DNA of 64,000 bases from Mobula hypostoma (Eukaryota): positions 252,156,001-252,220,000 of the forward strand of contig NC_086097.1 in the NCBI RefSeq assembly GCF_963921235.1, given 5' to 3'. Under the pieces are notes generated by a model. That model was not told the origin of the DNA. It saw only the letters and a list, made by a program, of their open reading frames with translations, and ran no database searches. How positions within the stretch are numbered: position 1 is the stretch's first letter; each line of letters begins with the position of its first letter. A program made the translations under genes and the position numbers. Positions 12,392-24,600 of this stretch are shown here, in pieces.

Positions 12392-13220
12392 GTGTAGATG
12401 TATCACAGAGCGCACCAGGGATATTCCATACTGGCTCTGAGTACCCTGACTGATTTTGTATCATTGTATCATTTTTTAATGCATGCATTTCTAAATGACA
12501 ATAAACGAGGACTGAGTGTCCTCATAATCATAATTCTTATCAATGCACCTGAGAGAGCAGCTTATTGGGATGCATCACAGTTTATACTGCAACTGCTCTG
12601 CCTAAGACCCCAGGAACTGCAGAGATTGTGGACACAGCTCAGTACATCAGAAATTTGTCTCCCTCCCCCCCTCCTCTGCAGCCAAGGACCCCCCCCCCAA
12701 AACCCTGGTCATTCTCTCCTCTGCCCTCTTTCATCACCCCTCTCATGTTGCTCTTAAATATTTCACCTTTCAACCTCAACCTATCTCCTCTAGCTCTAGT
12801 CTTACCCAACCTCTGTGGAAAAAGCCTGCTTATATTTACCCTATCTATACCCCTTATAATTTTGTTTATCTCTATCAAATCTCCCCTTATTTTCATACAT
12901 TCCAGGGAATAAAGTTATAACTAATTTTATAATCTAAGTTAGATCTAAGATCAATCTAACCCTTCCCTCCCACACAGCCCTCTATTTTTCCATCATCCAT
13001 GCACTGATCTACGAGTCTCTTGAATGCCTCTACCAGCACCACTCCTGGCAGTTCATTCCAGGAACCCAGCTTATTTTCTCTATTAAAAAAATCCTGACAC
13101 CAGGCAGACAATCTCTGAAGAGTGTTGATAATGGCTGGGGTCACCCGTCTTGTAAAGACACTGCCCTGAAGAAGGCAATGGCAAACCACTTCTGTAGAAA
13201 AATTTGTCAACAACAATCAT

Positions 13221-14155
13221 AGAACCATACAATACAACAGCACAGAAAACAGGCCATTCGGCCCTTCTATTCTGTGCCGAAACATTATTCCGTTAGTCCC
13301 ATTGACCTGCATCCAGTACATAACCCTCCAGACCTCTCCCATCCATGTATCTATCCAATTTATTCTTAAAACTTAAGAGTGAGCCCGCACTTACCACGTC
13401 AGGTGGCTGCTCGTTCCACACTCCCACTACTCTCTGAGTGAAGAAGTTCCCCCTAAACCTTTCCCCTTTCACCCTAAAGCCATGTCCTCTCATATTTATC
13501 TCTCCTAATCTAAGTGGAAAGAGCCCATTCACATTTACTCTGTCTATACCCCTCATAATTTTGTAAACCTCTATCAAATCTCCCCTCATTCTTCTAAGCT
13601 CCAAGGAATAAAGTCCTAACCTGTTCAATCTTTCCCTGTAACTCAACGCCTGAAGACCCGGCAACATCCTAGTAAATCTTCTCTGCACTCTTTCAATCTT
13701 ACTGATATCCTTCCTATAGTTAGGTGACCAGAACTGTACACAATACTCCAAATCTGGCCTCACCAATGTCTTATACAACCATAACATCCAAACTCCTATA
13801 CTCAATACTTTGATTTATGAATGCCAGGATGCCAAAAGCCTTCTTTACAACCCTGTCTACCTGTGACGCCGCTTTCAGGGAATTATGTATCTGAACTCCC
13901 AGATCTCCTTTGTTCCTCCGCACTCCTCAGTGCCCTACTGTTTACACTGTATGTCCTACCTTGATTTGTCCTTCCAAAATGCAACACCTTACACTTGTCT
14001 ACATCAAATTCCATCTGCCATTTTCTGGCCCATTTTTTCAGATCCCTCTGCAAACTTTGAAAGCCTTCCTCGCTGTCCACAATGCCTCCAGTCTTAGTGT
14101 CATCAGCAAACTTGCTGATCCAATTTAGCATATTGTTATCTACATCACTGATACA
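13221..14155 (-). mobile_element. CR1 LINE 3' part inserted into an RTE-related SINE-like element (13097-13220 and 14156-14215)
   Basis: ORFs YKTLVRPDLEYCVQFWSP and KFADDTK. The interrupted host matches the uninterrupted copy at 58510-58910 on both sides of the insertion. Confidence 0.85.
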
Positions 14156-15515
14156 GACATGGTCATGGAAAGACTGCGGTAGACCACACCTTATGACATG
14201 GCACATAAAGAACGAAAGCAACCTCTCTTACATCCCCCCTATACTACCTCCAATTACTTTAAAGTTACACCCACTAGTATTAACTATTTCCTCCCTGGGA
14301 AAAGGTCTCAGGCTGTCCACTCGGAGTTTGCTTCTTATATCTTGTAGGCCTCTATCAAGTCGCCCCAGCACCTGGTAAATCTCCTCTGCACCCTCTCTAA
14401 AGACCATAAGACCCATAAGATATAGGAACAGAATTAGGCCATCTGGCCCATCGAGTCTGCTCCATCATTCCATCATGGCTGATATATTATCCCCCTCAAC
14501 CTATTCTCCTGCCTTCTCCCCTAATCTCTGCGGTGGTGTGCTGGGGCAATGGCATCAACATGGGTGATGCCAACAGGCTCAATAAACTGATTAGAAAGGC
14601 TAGCTGGGTTATAAGTGTCAAACTGGACACAATGGAGGGCTGTGGCAGAACAAAGCACCCTATGGTAAAATCCTGGTAATTCTGGACAATGTTTCTCACC
14701 CTCCGCATGTCACCTTGGCTGAACAGAGAAACACTTTTAGTAATAGACTAAGACAACTGTGCTGCTCCAACGAGTGCTATACAAGGTCATTCTTACCCTC
14801 GGCCAAAAGGCTCTGTAATGAGCCAACTTGTAGCCAGGGAAGTGATGACCCCCTCCTGTCAGTCTGTTTGAGGTAACAGACTTTTTAAAAAATTCTTCCT
14901 TACTTCTCTTCTAATATTTGTATATGTATAACTGTGTATTTGCAATGCAACTCTGACACTAATTTCCTTTGGGATCAGTAAAGTATCCATCTCTATCTAA
15001 CCTTTGATGCCTTGACAAATGAAGCTATCATCCTTTGCTTTAAATATACCAAATGATTTGGCCTCCACAGCTGTCTATGGCAATGAATTACACAGATTCT
15101 CCATCCTCTGCCTAAACAAATTCCTTCTCTTCTCTGTTTTAAATGGAGGTCCTTCTATTCTGAGGCCGTGGCTGCCGGTCCTAGACTCTCCCACGAGAGG
15201 AAACATCCTCTCCACATCCACTCTATGTAGGCTTTTCAATGAAATCCACCCATTATTCTAAACCTCAGTCAGCACAAGCTTCCACATCCTTCCTATAACG
15301 AGGTGACCAGAACTGAAGACAATATTCCAAGTTTGGTTAAACCAGGGGTATATTGTCGTGGAACAGAGCTGCAACGTTACCTTGTGGTCTTTTACATCAT
15401 GATGTGGGAAGACACGTTCTCTTAGACAGTTACATTTAGTTCCAGACCTTACCTTAGCGAAAGTGATAAGGCAGTATCATGTAGAGATTTGTGTGCTCAG
15501 AATTAAATTTCTTAC

Positions 15516-15633
15516 CAATATAATCAACCAGAATCCACTCGTCAGCTTCCTTTTCACATATCGCACGCTCCTGATGTTCATTTTCAGCACAGTCGATGGC
15601 TCCAAACAACATCGTGGAAAAGTGCTGGTACAT
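15516..15633 (-). CDS. TP53INP1: TP53INP1-like first coding exon (exon probably extends as 5' UTR to an acceptor at 15823)
   Basis: Manual translation MYQHFSTMLFGAIDCAENEHQERAICEKEADEWILVDYI, then G|gtaag. It contains the acidic LIR motif (EWILV). Phase 1 joins the next exon to give GAT (Asp). Too short for the ORF track. Confidence 0.92.
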
Positions 15634-16002
15634 TGCTCAGAGACGGTTGGCTATTTCTCCGGTATGCCACAGAGCGGGTACGCCACGGAGTGACACAGAG
15701 CAGGTACGCCACGGGAGTGACACAGGGCTCACTTCAGTGGCATGGGGTGGTACATCAGTGGGTCCACAAGATGCATACAACTCCAAAGTTCCACACGGCA
15801 AAGAAATACAAATCTACGTGCATCTGTGTGGGAAAGAAGTTACAGTGTGGAAAACTGAGGGAAACCGTGAAACAGCAAAACAATTCATCATTTCCAGAAC
15901 AGCTTCTTCCCCTCTGCCACCAGATTTCTGAATAGACATTGAACCCATGATCACAACCTCACTACCTTTTTTCCCTCTCTTTTGCACTACACACATTATA
16001 TA

Positions 16003-17394
16003 CAGTGCCATGCAAAAGTTTGGGCACCCCGTCAAAATTTCTGTTACTCTGAATGGCTAAGCGAGTAAAAAATGAACTGATTTTCGAAAGGCATAAAGTT
16101 AAAGATGACACATTTCTTTAATATTTTAAGCAAGAAAACTTTTTTATTTCCATCTTTTACAGTTTCAAAATAACAAAAAAGGAAAAGGGCCTGGAGCATA
16201 AGTTTGGGCACCCTGCATGGCAGTACTTAGTAATACCCCCTTTGGCAAGTATCACAGCTTGTAAACGCTTTTTGTAGCCAGCTAGGAGTCTTTCAATTCT
16301 TGTTTGGGGGATTTTCGCCCATTCTTCCCTGCAAAAGGCTTCTAGTTCTGTGAGATTCTTGGGCCGTCTTGCATGCACTGCTCTTTTGAGGTCTATCCAC
16401 AGATTCTCGATGATGTTTAGGTCGGGGGACTGTGAGGGCCATGGCAAAACCTTCAGCTTGTGCCTCTCGAGGTAGTCCGTTGTGGATTTTGAGGTGTGTT
16501 TAGGTTCATTATCCTGTTGTAGAAGCCATCCTCTTTTCACCTTTGGCTTTTTTACAGACAGTGTGATGTTTGCTTCCAGAATTTGCTGGTGTTTAATTGA
16601 ATTCATTCCTCCCTCTATCAGTAAATGTTCCCCGTGCCACTGGCTGCAACACAAGCCCAAAGCATGATCGATCCACCCCTGTGCTTAACAGTTGGAGAGG
16701 GGTCCTTTTCATGAAATTCTGCACCCTTTTTTCTCCAAACATACCTTTGCTCATTGCGGCCAAAAAGTACTATTTTAACTTCATCAGTCCACAGGATTTG
16801 TTTCCAAAATGCATCAGGCTTGTTTAGGTGTTCCCTTGATCCTTTTGAATAGAACTTTTGAAGAAGAGGAAAAGAGAATGGCTTCTACAACAGGATAATG
16901 AACCTAAACACATCTCAAGATCCACAACGGACTACCTCAAGAGGTGCAAGCTGAAGGTTTTGCCATGACCCTCACAGTCCCCCGACCTAAACACCATCGA
17001 GAATCTGTGGATAGACCTCAAAAGAGCACTGCATGCAAGACGGCGCAAGAATCTCACAGAACTAGAAGCCTTTTGCAAGGAAAAATAGGTGAAAATCCCC
17101 CAAACAAGAACTGAAAGACTCCTAGCTGGCTACAAAAAGCGTTTACAAGCTGTGACACTTGCCAAAGGGGGTGTTACTAAGTACTGCCATACAGGGTGCC
17201 CAAACTTTTGCTTCAGGCCCTTTTCCTTTTTTGTTATTTTGAAACTGTAAAAGATGGAAATAAAAAAGTTTTCTTGCTTAAAATGTTAAAGAAATGTGTC
17301 ATCTTTAACTTTATGCCTTTTGGAAATCAGTTCATCTTTTATTCACAGAAACAGAAATTTTGACCAGGGGTGCTCAAACTTTTGTATGCCACTG
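16003..17394. mobile_element. Tc1 (DD34E) non-autonomous foldback element made of two transposase 3' ends
   Basis: TA|CAGTG...CACTG|TA ends. ORF 16157-16660 has QQDNEPKH...WPSQSPDLNIIENLW, with 34 residues between D and E. 16003-16538 is the reverse complement of about 16869-17394. Confidence 0.93.
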
Positions 17395-17627
17395 TATGTA
17401 TAAAATTGCAATGTACTGAGCTGCTGCATCACCATTTGATGCCATGGACCATTAAGCAAGGGGTCTGTGAGCCACAGGTTGGGAAATCCGGGGGTAAGTG
17501 CAACTGGACAATAGTCATTGAGACAGGTTATCAAACTCTTCGTAGACACCGGTTGAAGCAGGTGGGCACTTCAGAATGCTGAAGTGAGAAGTTAAACATC
17601 TTAGTGAATATTCCAGCCAGTTGATCA

Positions 17628-17865
17628 GCAACACACACAAGGTGCTGGAGAAACTCAGCAGACCAGGCAGCATCTATGGAAAAGAGTAAACAGTCGACGT
17701 TTCCGGCCCCTTTCGCAGGACTGGAGAAAAACAGTGAAGAGTGAGAGTAAGAAGGTGGTGGTGGGAGAAACACAAGGTGATCGGTGACAATAAATGGGGA
17801 GGGGGGAGGGGGGAGGGGGGGAGAGGGGGGAGGGGGGGGGAGGGGGGGGGGGGGGGGGGGGGGGG

Positions 17866-17908
<43 letters not shown>

Positions 17909-18195
17909 GGGGGGGGGGGGGGGGGGGGGGGGGAGGGGGGGAGGGGTGAAGTAAAGAGCTGGAAAGTTGGAAGCTACCCAGGCAGAATACAAGGTGTTGC
18001 TCCTCTAACCCGAGTGTGGCCTCATCGCTGTAGTAGAGGGGGCCATAGACTCTCATGCTGCAATGGGTGACAACTGAGAGACCCCGCTTGTTCTGGCAGA
18101 CAGAGCATAGGTGCTCGGTGAAGCGGTCTTCCGAGCTATGTTCGGCCTCATCGACATACAGGAGGTCACACTGGGAGCACTGGACACAGTACATG
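17628..18195 (-). mobile_element. Penelope-like element 3' fragment: GIY-YIG endonuclease remnant plus terminal repeat with expanded poly-G
   Basis: YCVQCSQCDLLYVDEAEHSSEDRFTEHL...EATLGLEEQHLVFCLG resembles the Penelope GIY-YIG C-terminus. A decayed hammerhead lies at about 17691-17724 and a G-run at 17796-17946. Confidence 0.75.
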
Positions 18196-18199
18196 ACTC

Positions 18200-21100
18200 C
18201 TCCATTCCCTTCCTCTCATCCCTCCTAAAAAAACCTCCCCTACGCTCCAACCCAACACACCCTTCTTGCCCTCCCATCAGACTACATACCTCCTCTCTTC
18301 CCCCTTCCCATTCCCCTCCCTCTCTCCCTCCACTCCTCTATTCACCCCACATTCCCCTCCTCTCCACATTCCCCCTCCTCCTCCATTCATCCTCCCCTTC
18401 CCCTCCCTGCCCTATTCCCTCTGCCCTTCCTCCTCTGATGCATTTTCCTTCCCCCTCCTCACCACTATACTCCCCCTCCACCCTCTCACTTCCCCCTCTA
18501 CATTCCCTTACCCATCCTCTACTTCTTCCCCCTACCTATTCCCAATCTCCTTCTCCCTCAATTTCCCGTCCCCATACAACCTTATACCCCTACTACCCCC
18601 ACTCCCATCCCACCCTCCTCAGCTCCCCATTCCTCCTCTTAACCTGTATACATCTTGTATTACTCCTCACCTACCTCCCACGCTCCCATCCCATCCCTCC
18701 ACCCCTCCCTTCCCCTATTCCCCCTCCCGTCCACCTCCCTTCCCCTTCCCCCCTTCCCCTATTCCCCCTTCACATCCACCTCCCGTCCACCTCCCTTCCC
18801 CTATTCCCCCTCTCATCCCCTTCCTTCCCCTATTCCCCCTTCACATCCACCTCCCGTCCCCTATTTCTCCCTCCCGTCCCCTATTTCCCTCTCCCATCCA
18901 CCTCCCTTCCCTTCCCCCCTCCCGTCCACCTCCCTTCCCCTATTCCCCCCTCCCTTCCACTATTCCCCCTCTCGTCCCCTTCACATCCACCTCCCGTCCC
19001 CTATTTCCCCCTCCCGTCCACCTCCCTTCCCCTATTCCCCCTCTCGTCCTTTCCCATCCCCTAATCCCCCTCCCATCCCCTATTCCCCCCTCCTGTCCAC
19101 CTCCCTTCCCCTAGTCCCCCTATTCCCCCTCCCGTCCATCTCCCTTCCTCTATTCCCCCCTCCCGTCCACCTCCCTTCCCCTACTCCCCCCTCCCGTCCC
19201 CTCCCCTCCCTTCCCCTATTCCCCCTCCCCTCCCTTCCCATATTCCCCCTCTCGTCCCCTCCCAACCCCTATTCCCCCTCCCATCCCCTATTCCCCCTCC
19301 CTTCCCCCTTCTCGTTCCCTCCCTTCCCCTATTCCTCCCTCCCATCCCCTATTCCCCCCTCTCATCCCCTCCCCTCCCCCTCCCGTCCCCTATTCCCCCC
19401 TCTCATCCCCTCCCTTCCCGAATTCCTCCCCTCCCGACCCCTCCCTTCCCCTATTCCCCCTCCCCTCTACCCCCTGTCCCCTCCCATCCCCTATTCCCCC
19501 TCCCTTCCCCTATTCCCCCCTCTCGTCCCCTCCCATCCCCTATTCCCCCTCTCATCCCCTGCCATCCCCTATTCCCCCTCCCTTCCCCCCTCTCATTCCC
19601 TCCCTTCCCCTATTCCCCTCTCCCGTCCCCTCCCCTCCCTTCCCCTATTCCCCCCTCCACCTCCCTTCCCCTATTCCCCCTCCTGTCCCCTCCCCTCCCC
19701 TATTCCCCCTCCTGTCCCCTCCCTTTCCCTATTCCCCCCTCTCATCCCCTCCCACCCCTATTCCCTCTCGTCCTTTCCCATCCCCTATTCCCCCTCCCAT
19801 CCCCTATTCCCCCCTCCTGTCCACCTCCCTTCCCCTATTCCCCCTCCCGTCCATCTCCCTTCCTCTATTCCCCCTCCCTTCCCCTACTCCCCCCTCCCGT
19901 CTCCTCCCCTCCCCTCCCCTCCCTTCCCCTATTCCCCCTCCCCTCCCTTCCCATATTCCCCCCTCTCGTCCCCTCCCAACCCCTATTCCCCCTCCCTTCC
20001 CCTATTCCCCCTCCCATCCCCTCCCTTCCCCTATTCCCCCCTCTCATCCCCTCCCATCCCCTATTCCCCCTCCCTTCCCCCTTCTCGTTCCCTCCCTTCC
20101 CCTATTCCTCCCTCCCATCCCCTATTCCCCCCTCTCGTCCCCTCCCCTCTCTTCCCCCTCCCGTCCCCTATTCCCCCCTCTCATCCCCTCCCTTCCCGAA
20201 TTCCTCCCCTCCCGACCCCTCCCTTCCCCTATTCCCCCTCCCCTCTACCCCCTGTCCCCTCCCATCCCCTATTCCCCCTCCCTTCCCCTATTCCCCCCTC
20301 TCATCCCCTCCCATCCCCTATTCCCCCTCTCATCCCCTGCCATCCCCTATTCCCCCTCCCTTCCCCCCTCTCGTTCCCTCCCTTCCCCTATTCCCCCCTC
20401 CCGTCCACCTCCCTTCCCCTATTCCCCCCTCTTGTCCCCTCCCCTAATCCCCCCTCGTCCCCTCCCCTCCCCTATTCCCCCTCCTGTCCCCTCCCTTTCC
20501 CTATTCCCCCCTCTCATCCCCTCCCACCCCTATTCCCCCCTCTCATCCCCTCCCATCCCCTATTCCCCCTCTCATCCCCTATTCCCCCCTCCCGTCCCCT
20601 CCCACCCCCTATTCCCCCCTCCTGTCCCTCCCTTCCCCTATTCCCCCTCTTGTCCCCTCCCTTCCCCTATTCCCCCTCTTGTCCCCTCCCTTCCCCTATT
20701 CCCCCTCTTGTCCCCTCCCTTCCCCTATTCCCCCTCTTGTCCCCTCCCTTCCCCTATTCCCCCCTCCCATCCCCTATTCCCCCTCTCATCCCCTCCCTTC
20801 CCCCTCTCATCCCCTCCCTTCCCAAATTCCTCCCCTCCCCTCTCTTCCCCTGTTCCCCCTCCCCTCCCTTCTACCCCCTCTCATCCCCTTCCATCCCCTA
20901 TTCCCCCTCCCTTCCCCTATTCCCCCCCTCATCCCCTATTCCCCCTCCCTTCCTCTATTCCCCCCTCTCGTCCCCTCCCATCCCCTATTCCCCCTCTCGT
21001 CCCCTCCCGTCCCCTCCCTTCCCCTATTCCCTGTCTCATCCCCTCCCGTTCCCTCCCTTCCCCTATTCCCCCTCCCTTCCCGAATTCCTCCTCTCCCGTT

Positions 21101-21305
21101 TCCTCCCTTCCTCTATTTCCCCTCCCCTCCCTTCCCCCCTCTCGTCCCCTCCCATCCCCTATTCCCCCTCCCTTCCCCTATTCCCCCTCTCATCCCCTCA
21201 ACCTTCCCATATTCCCTCTCCTGTCCCATCTCCCCCCATCCCCTTTTATCCTCTCATCCCATTATTCCCCCCCCATCACCTCTTCCCTTCCCCTCCCCCC
21301 CCCCC
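18200..21305. repeat. 3.1-kb polypyrimidine/polypurine low-complexity tract (CCCCTATT, CCCTT, CCCGT motifs)
   Basis: Read directly; almost no G on the plus strand. The Pro-rich ORFs are compositional artefacts. Confidence 0.97.
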
Positions 21306-21331
21306 GGAGTTTATGAACAAACTTCACTCAC

Positions 21332-21540
21332 TTGCCTGCCTTGTCGTGTTGGGTGTAAGGGCGGAGGCTTTGTGCGAGAACCGCCGGGCCGCCGGTGAGG
21401 TGAGGTGAGGTAGAGGAGGTGGAGGTGAGGGGAGGGGAGGGGAGCCGGGCCTGACCGCCGGTCTCTGTCCGTGGCGCCGGCGCCACCGCTCTCGCCTCGC
21501 AGCTATTGTTGTTGTTGTTGTTGTCGAATCCAAACAGCTG
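21332..21540 (-). other. TP53INP1: Probable non-coding exon 1 of the TP53INP1-like gene
   Basis: CpG-rich segment ending in a strong donor GCAA|GTGAGT (21331-21326), directly downstream of a promoter motif cluster. The transcription start is approximate. Confidence 0.65.
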
Positions 21541-21680
21541 ATCGCTGCTCACGTCACAGAGCCCCGCCCCTTCGTCTCGCTCTCCCGACCAATGGGAAGA
21601 GCGGAGGGCGTCCTGTCACTAACGCACGTGACCCTGAGCGGGGAGCCCGGAAGTGGTCGCAAATACACCCCTGGATTCGA
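21541..21680 (-). promoter_or_regulatory. CpG-island promoter motif cluster
   Basis: CRE-like TGACGTGA (21549-21556, minus), GC box CCCCGCCCC (21562-21570), CCAAT (21589-21593), E-box GTCACGTG (21625-21632, minus) and ETS site CCGGAAGT (21647-21654). Confidence 0.75.
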
Positions 21681-24600
21681 GATGCTGAATTGTTTAATGT
21701 CATTTCCAGTCCGCAAGTGTAAAGGAGTTCGAAAATATTGTTATTCCAGCACAAAAATACAATAAAGAACAAAAAATACCAAGTATATAAATATACCAAA
21801 TAAATATAAATACATAAGATGTGTGTTGCTTATATACATTCATATGCCCATAAATGACGCTGGTCACAGGAGTGTCTGTACATAAGACGACCGACAGGAA
21901 ATGATAAAGTCGTGGTGGTTGCGGCGGGGAAATGGGGGTGAAAATTGTTTAATGTAATTTCCAGTACACTTGTGAAAAGGAGAATGAAATAATTGTAACT
22001 CCGGATCAGAAAAATATGCAAGATAAAGCACACGATAATATGCACAATATAACTGCATAAGATAGTTGCTATTCACAGATTATATCTTCTATCCGCGGTC
22101 TGCAGGCTTGGCTGGTCAGAGTGTGGGGGGGGGGGCAGAGAACTGGGTTTATTGTCACTTAACCTGTGTGCTTTGACAGCAATATCTTCCTCCTCCCCTC
22201 CCGTATCCACTCACCTGGTCTTACCTATCACTTGCCAGGTATTCCTTCCCCTCTCCCCAGGCGCGAACGCGTGTCCGTCTGCGTCTGATGGTTGCTCTGT
22301 AAGGCATGGTCACACCACACAGGGAGTACGAGGGGCAATTTTGGTCCAATAAAATATATGCTGGCACAAGAATGTAATAAGGACTTACTCTTAGTAGAGA
22401 GATGAGGAGAAACGTCTTTAGCCAGAGGGTGGTGAATCTGTGGAATTACATACATCAGGATGATCTGTATCAACGACAGCTCAGCATTTAACACCACCAG
22501 CCCCTCAAAACTAATCAATAAGCTCCGAGACCTCAGTCTCAGCACCTCCTGACATAGGAGCAAAACTAGGCCATCCGACCCATCGAGTCTGCGCCACTTC
22601 ATCATGGCTGATCCTTTCTCAAAAAATCTCCTCCTCAACCTCAGTTCCCCGCCTTCTCCCTGTAACTTTTGATGCCATGTCCAATCAAGAACCTATCACT
22701 CTCTGCCTTAAATACACTAATGATCTGGCATCCACAGCTGCATGTGGTAATAAATTCCACAATCTCCCTCACCTGCAGACCCAGTTCACATTGGCAACAT
22801 CTCCTCCACAATCTCCAGTAGCACAGGTGCACCACAAGGCTGTGTGCTTAGTCCCCTGTTCTACTCGCTTTACACTGATTACTGTGAGGCTAAGCTCAAC
22901 TCCAATAGTTTGCTGAAGACACCAAAGGTTGAATCAGAGATGGCGATGAAAGGAGATTGAAAATCTGGATTGAGTGGTGCGGTAATACCAACCTCTCACT
23001 CAGTGTCAGAGTCAGCCTTCATTAGAGGATCAGATGGAGACGGTTAGCAACTTCAGATGATGTTAGATAGCCTCCAACCTGAATGCATGAACATCAACTT
23101 CTCTAACTTCCGCTAATACCCCACCTCCCCCTCATACCCCATCTGTTATTTATTTTTATACACACATTCTTTCTCTCACTCTCCTTTTTCTCCCTCTGTC
23201 CCTCTGACTATACCCCTTGCCCATCCTCTGGGTTCCCCCCTCCTCCTTCTTTCTCCCTGGGTCTCCTGTCCCATGATCGTCTCATATCCCTTTTGTCCCA
23301 TGATCGTCTCATATCCCTTTTGCCAATCACCTGTCCAGACGTCGACTGTACCTCTTCCAGAGATGCTGCCTGGCCTGCTGCGTTCACCAGCAACTTTGAT
23401 GTGTGTTGCTTGAATTTCCAGCATCTCCAGAATTCCTGTTGTTTTAGATGTTATTAAGTGCAATTGTGAAGACAGCATGGCAGCGTTTACAACTTCCTGC
23501 AGCTTTTTCTGATGCTGTGCTGTCCCCCCTCCAAAATGACAGTGATGCAGCCAGTCAGAATGTTCTCAAGGTACATGTGTAGAAATTTGCCAGAGTCTTT
23601 GGTGACACAGTAAACAATGCACTGTCTGCTAGAGGAACACAGCAGGTCAAAGGAATTAGTGATCCTACCTCACTATTTCCCCCCTCTTTTTGCACTCATT
23701 TAAAAAATATACTTATTGTAATTTACAGTTTTATGTATTGCAAGGTACTACTGCCACATAACAACACATTTCACAACATGTGCCTGTGGTATTAAAACGG
23801 ATTCTGATACTGCATATAATGATACAGGCCCCTTCACCAGAGGTACTACCCCTCTCTGAACACCACATACACTCCTATGGAGGTGCCGAACAATCACTAT
23901 ATGTAATAATACAACATATTCCAAAGTGTTTCCTGGAGACTGGCTGAAAGAAATGGAGGCAGAGATGGAGATATTAAAACACATGATGTTGAATTTATAT
24001 TCAATCAATAAGGTTTAATTTATAAAAAATCAGACTGCACATCAATTGTCCATAATGTGTTGATTGAGTACAGAGAATCACAGCTAAATCATAACCCCAT
24101 TTCTATCATTTCTGCAAACCACTTGGAGTTTTTCTTTTTACAGAAGAATCATTTATTAATTTTTCATTTAAAATGTTCCAGTCTAAAAGATGCAAATATA
24201 AACAACTTAAAGATGTGAGCAACACACACAAACTCCAGGTCAGGCAGCCTCTACAGTGAAAAATAAACAGCCTTATGAAGGGTCTCGGCCCAAAACACTG
24301 TTAACTCCTCTCCATAGTTATGTTGCCTGACCTGCTGAGTTCCTCCAGCACTTTGTGAGTGTTCCTCGGGTTTATTATCACCATCTTATATGACGTGCAA
24401 TAATAAACATAAGAGATTCTGCAGATGCTGGAAACCCAGAGTAACACGCACAAAATGCTGGAGGAACTCAGCAGGTCAGGCAGCATCTATGGAGAGGAGT
24501 TAACAATGTTTTGGGCCAAAGCCCTTCATCAGTACAGAATTTTAAAGTGTGACTTATATTTTGATAGACCACATTCAGAGACAATACAGAAAATGGAATC

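Noticed and set aside
18111..21408. Proline-rich extensin/formin-like ORFs up to 917 aa
   Set aside because: Artefact of C/T low complexity; open in multiple frames with no domain or splice support.
21324..21552. ORFs MDSTTTTTT... and MSSDQLFG... as coding exon 1
   Set aside because: They use non-ATG starts in GC-rich sequence with a (CAA)n repeat, and splicing to exon 2 does not reach the TP53INP1 reading frame without a stop.
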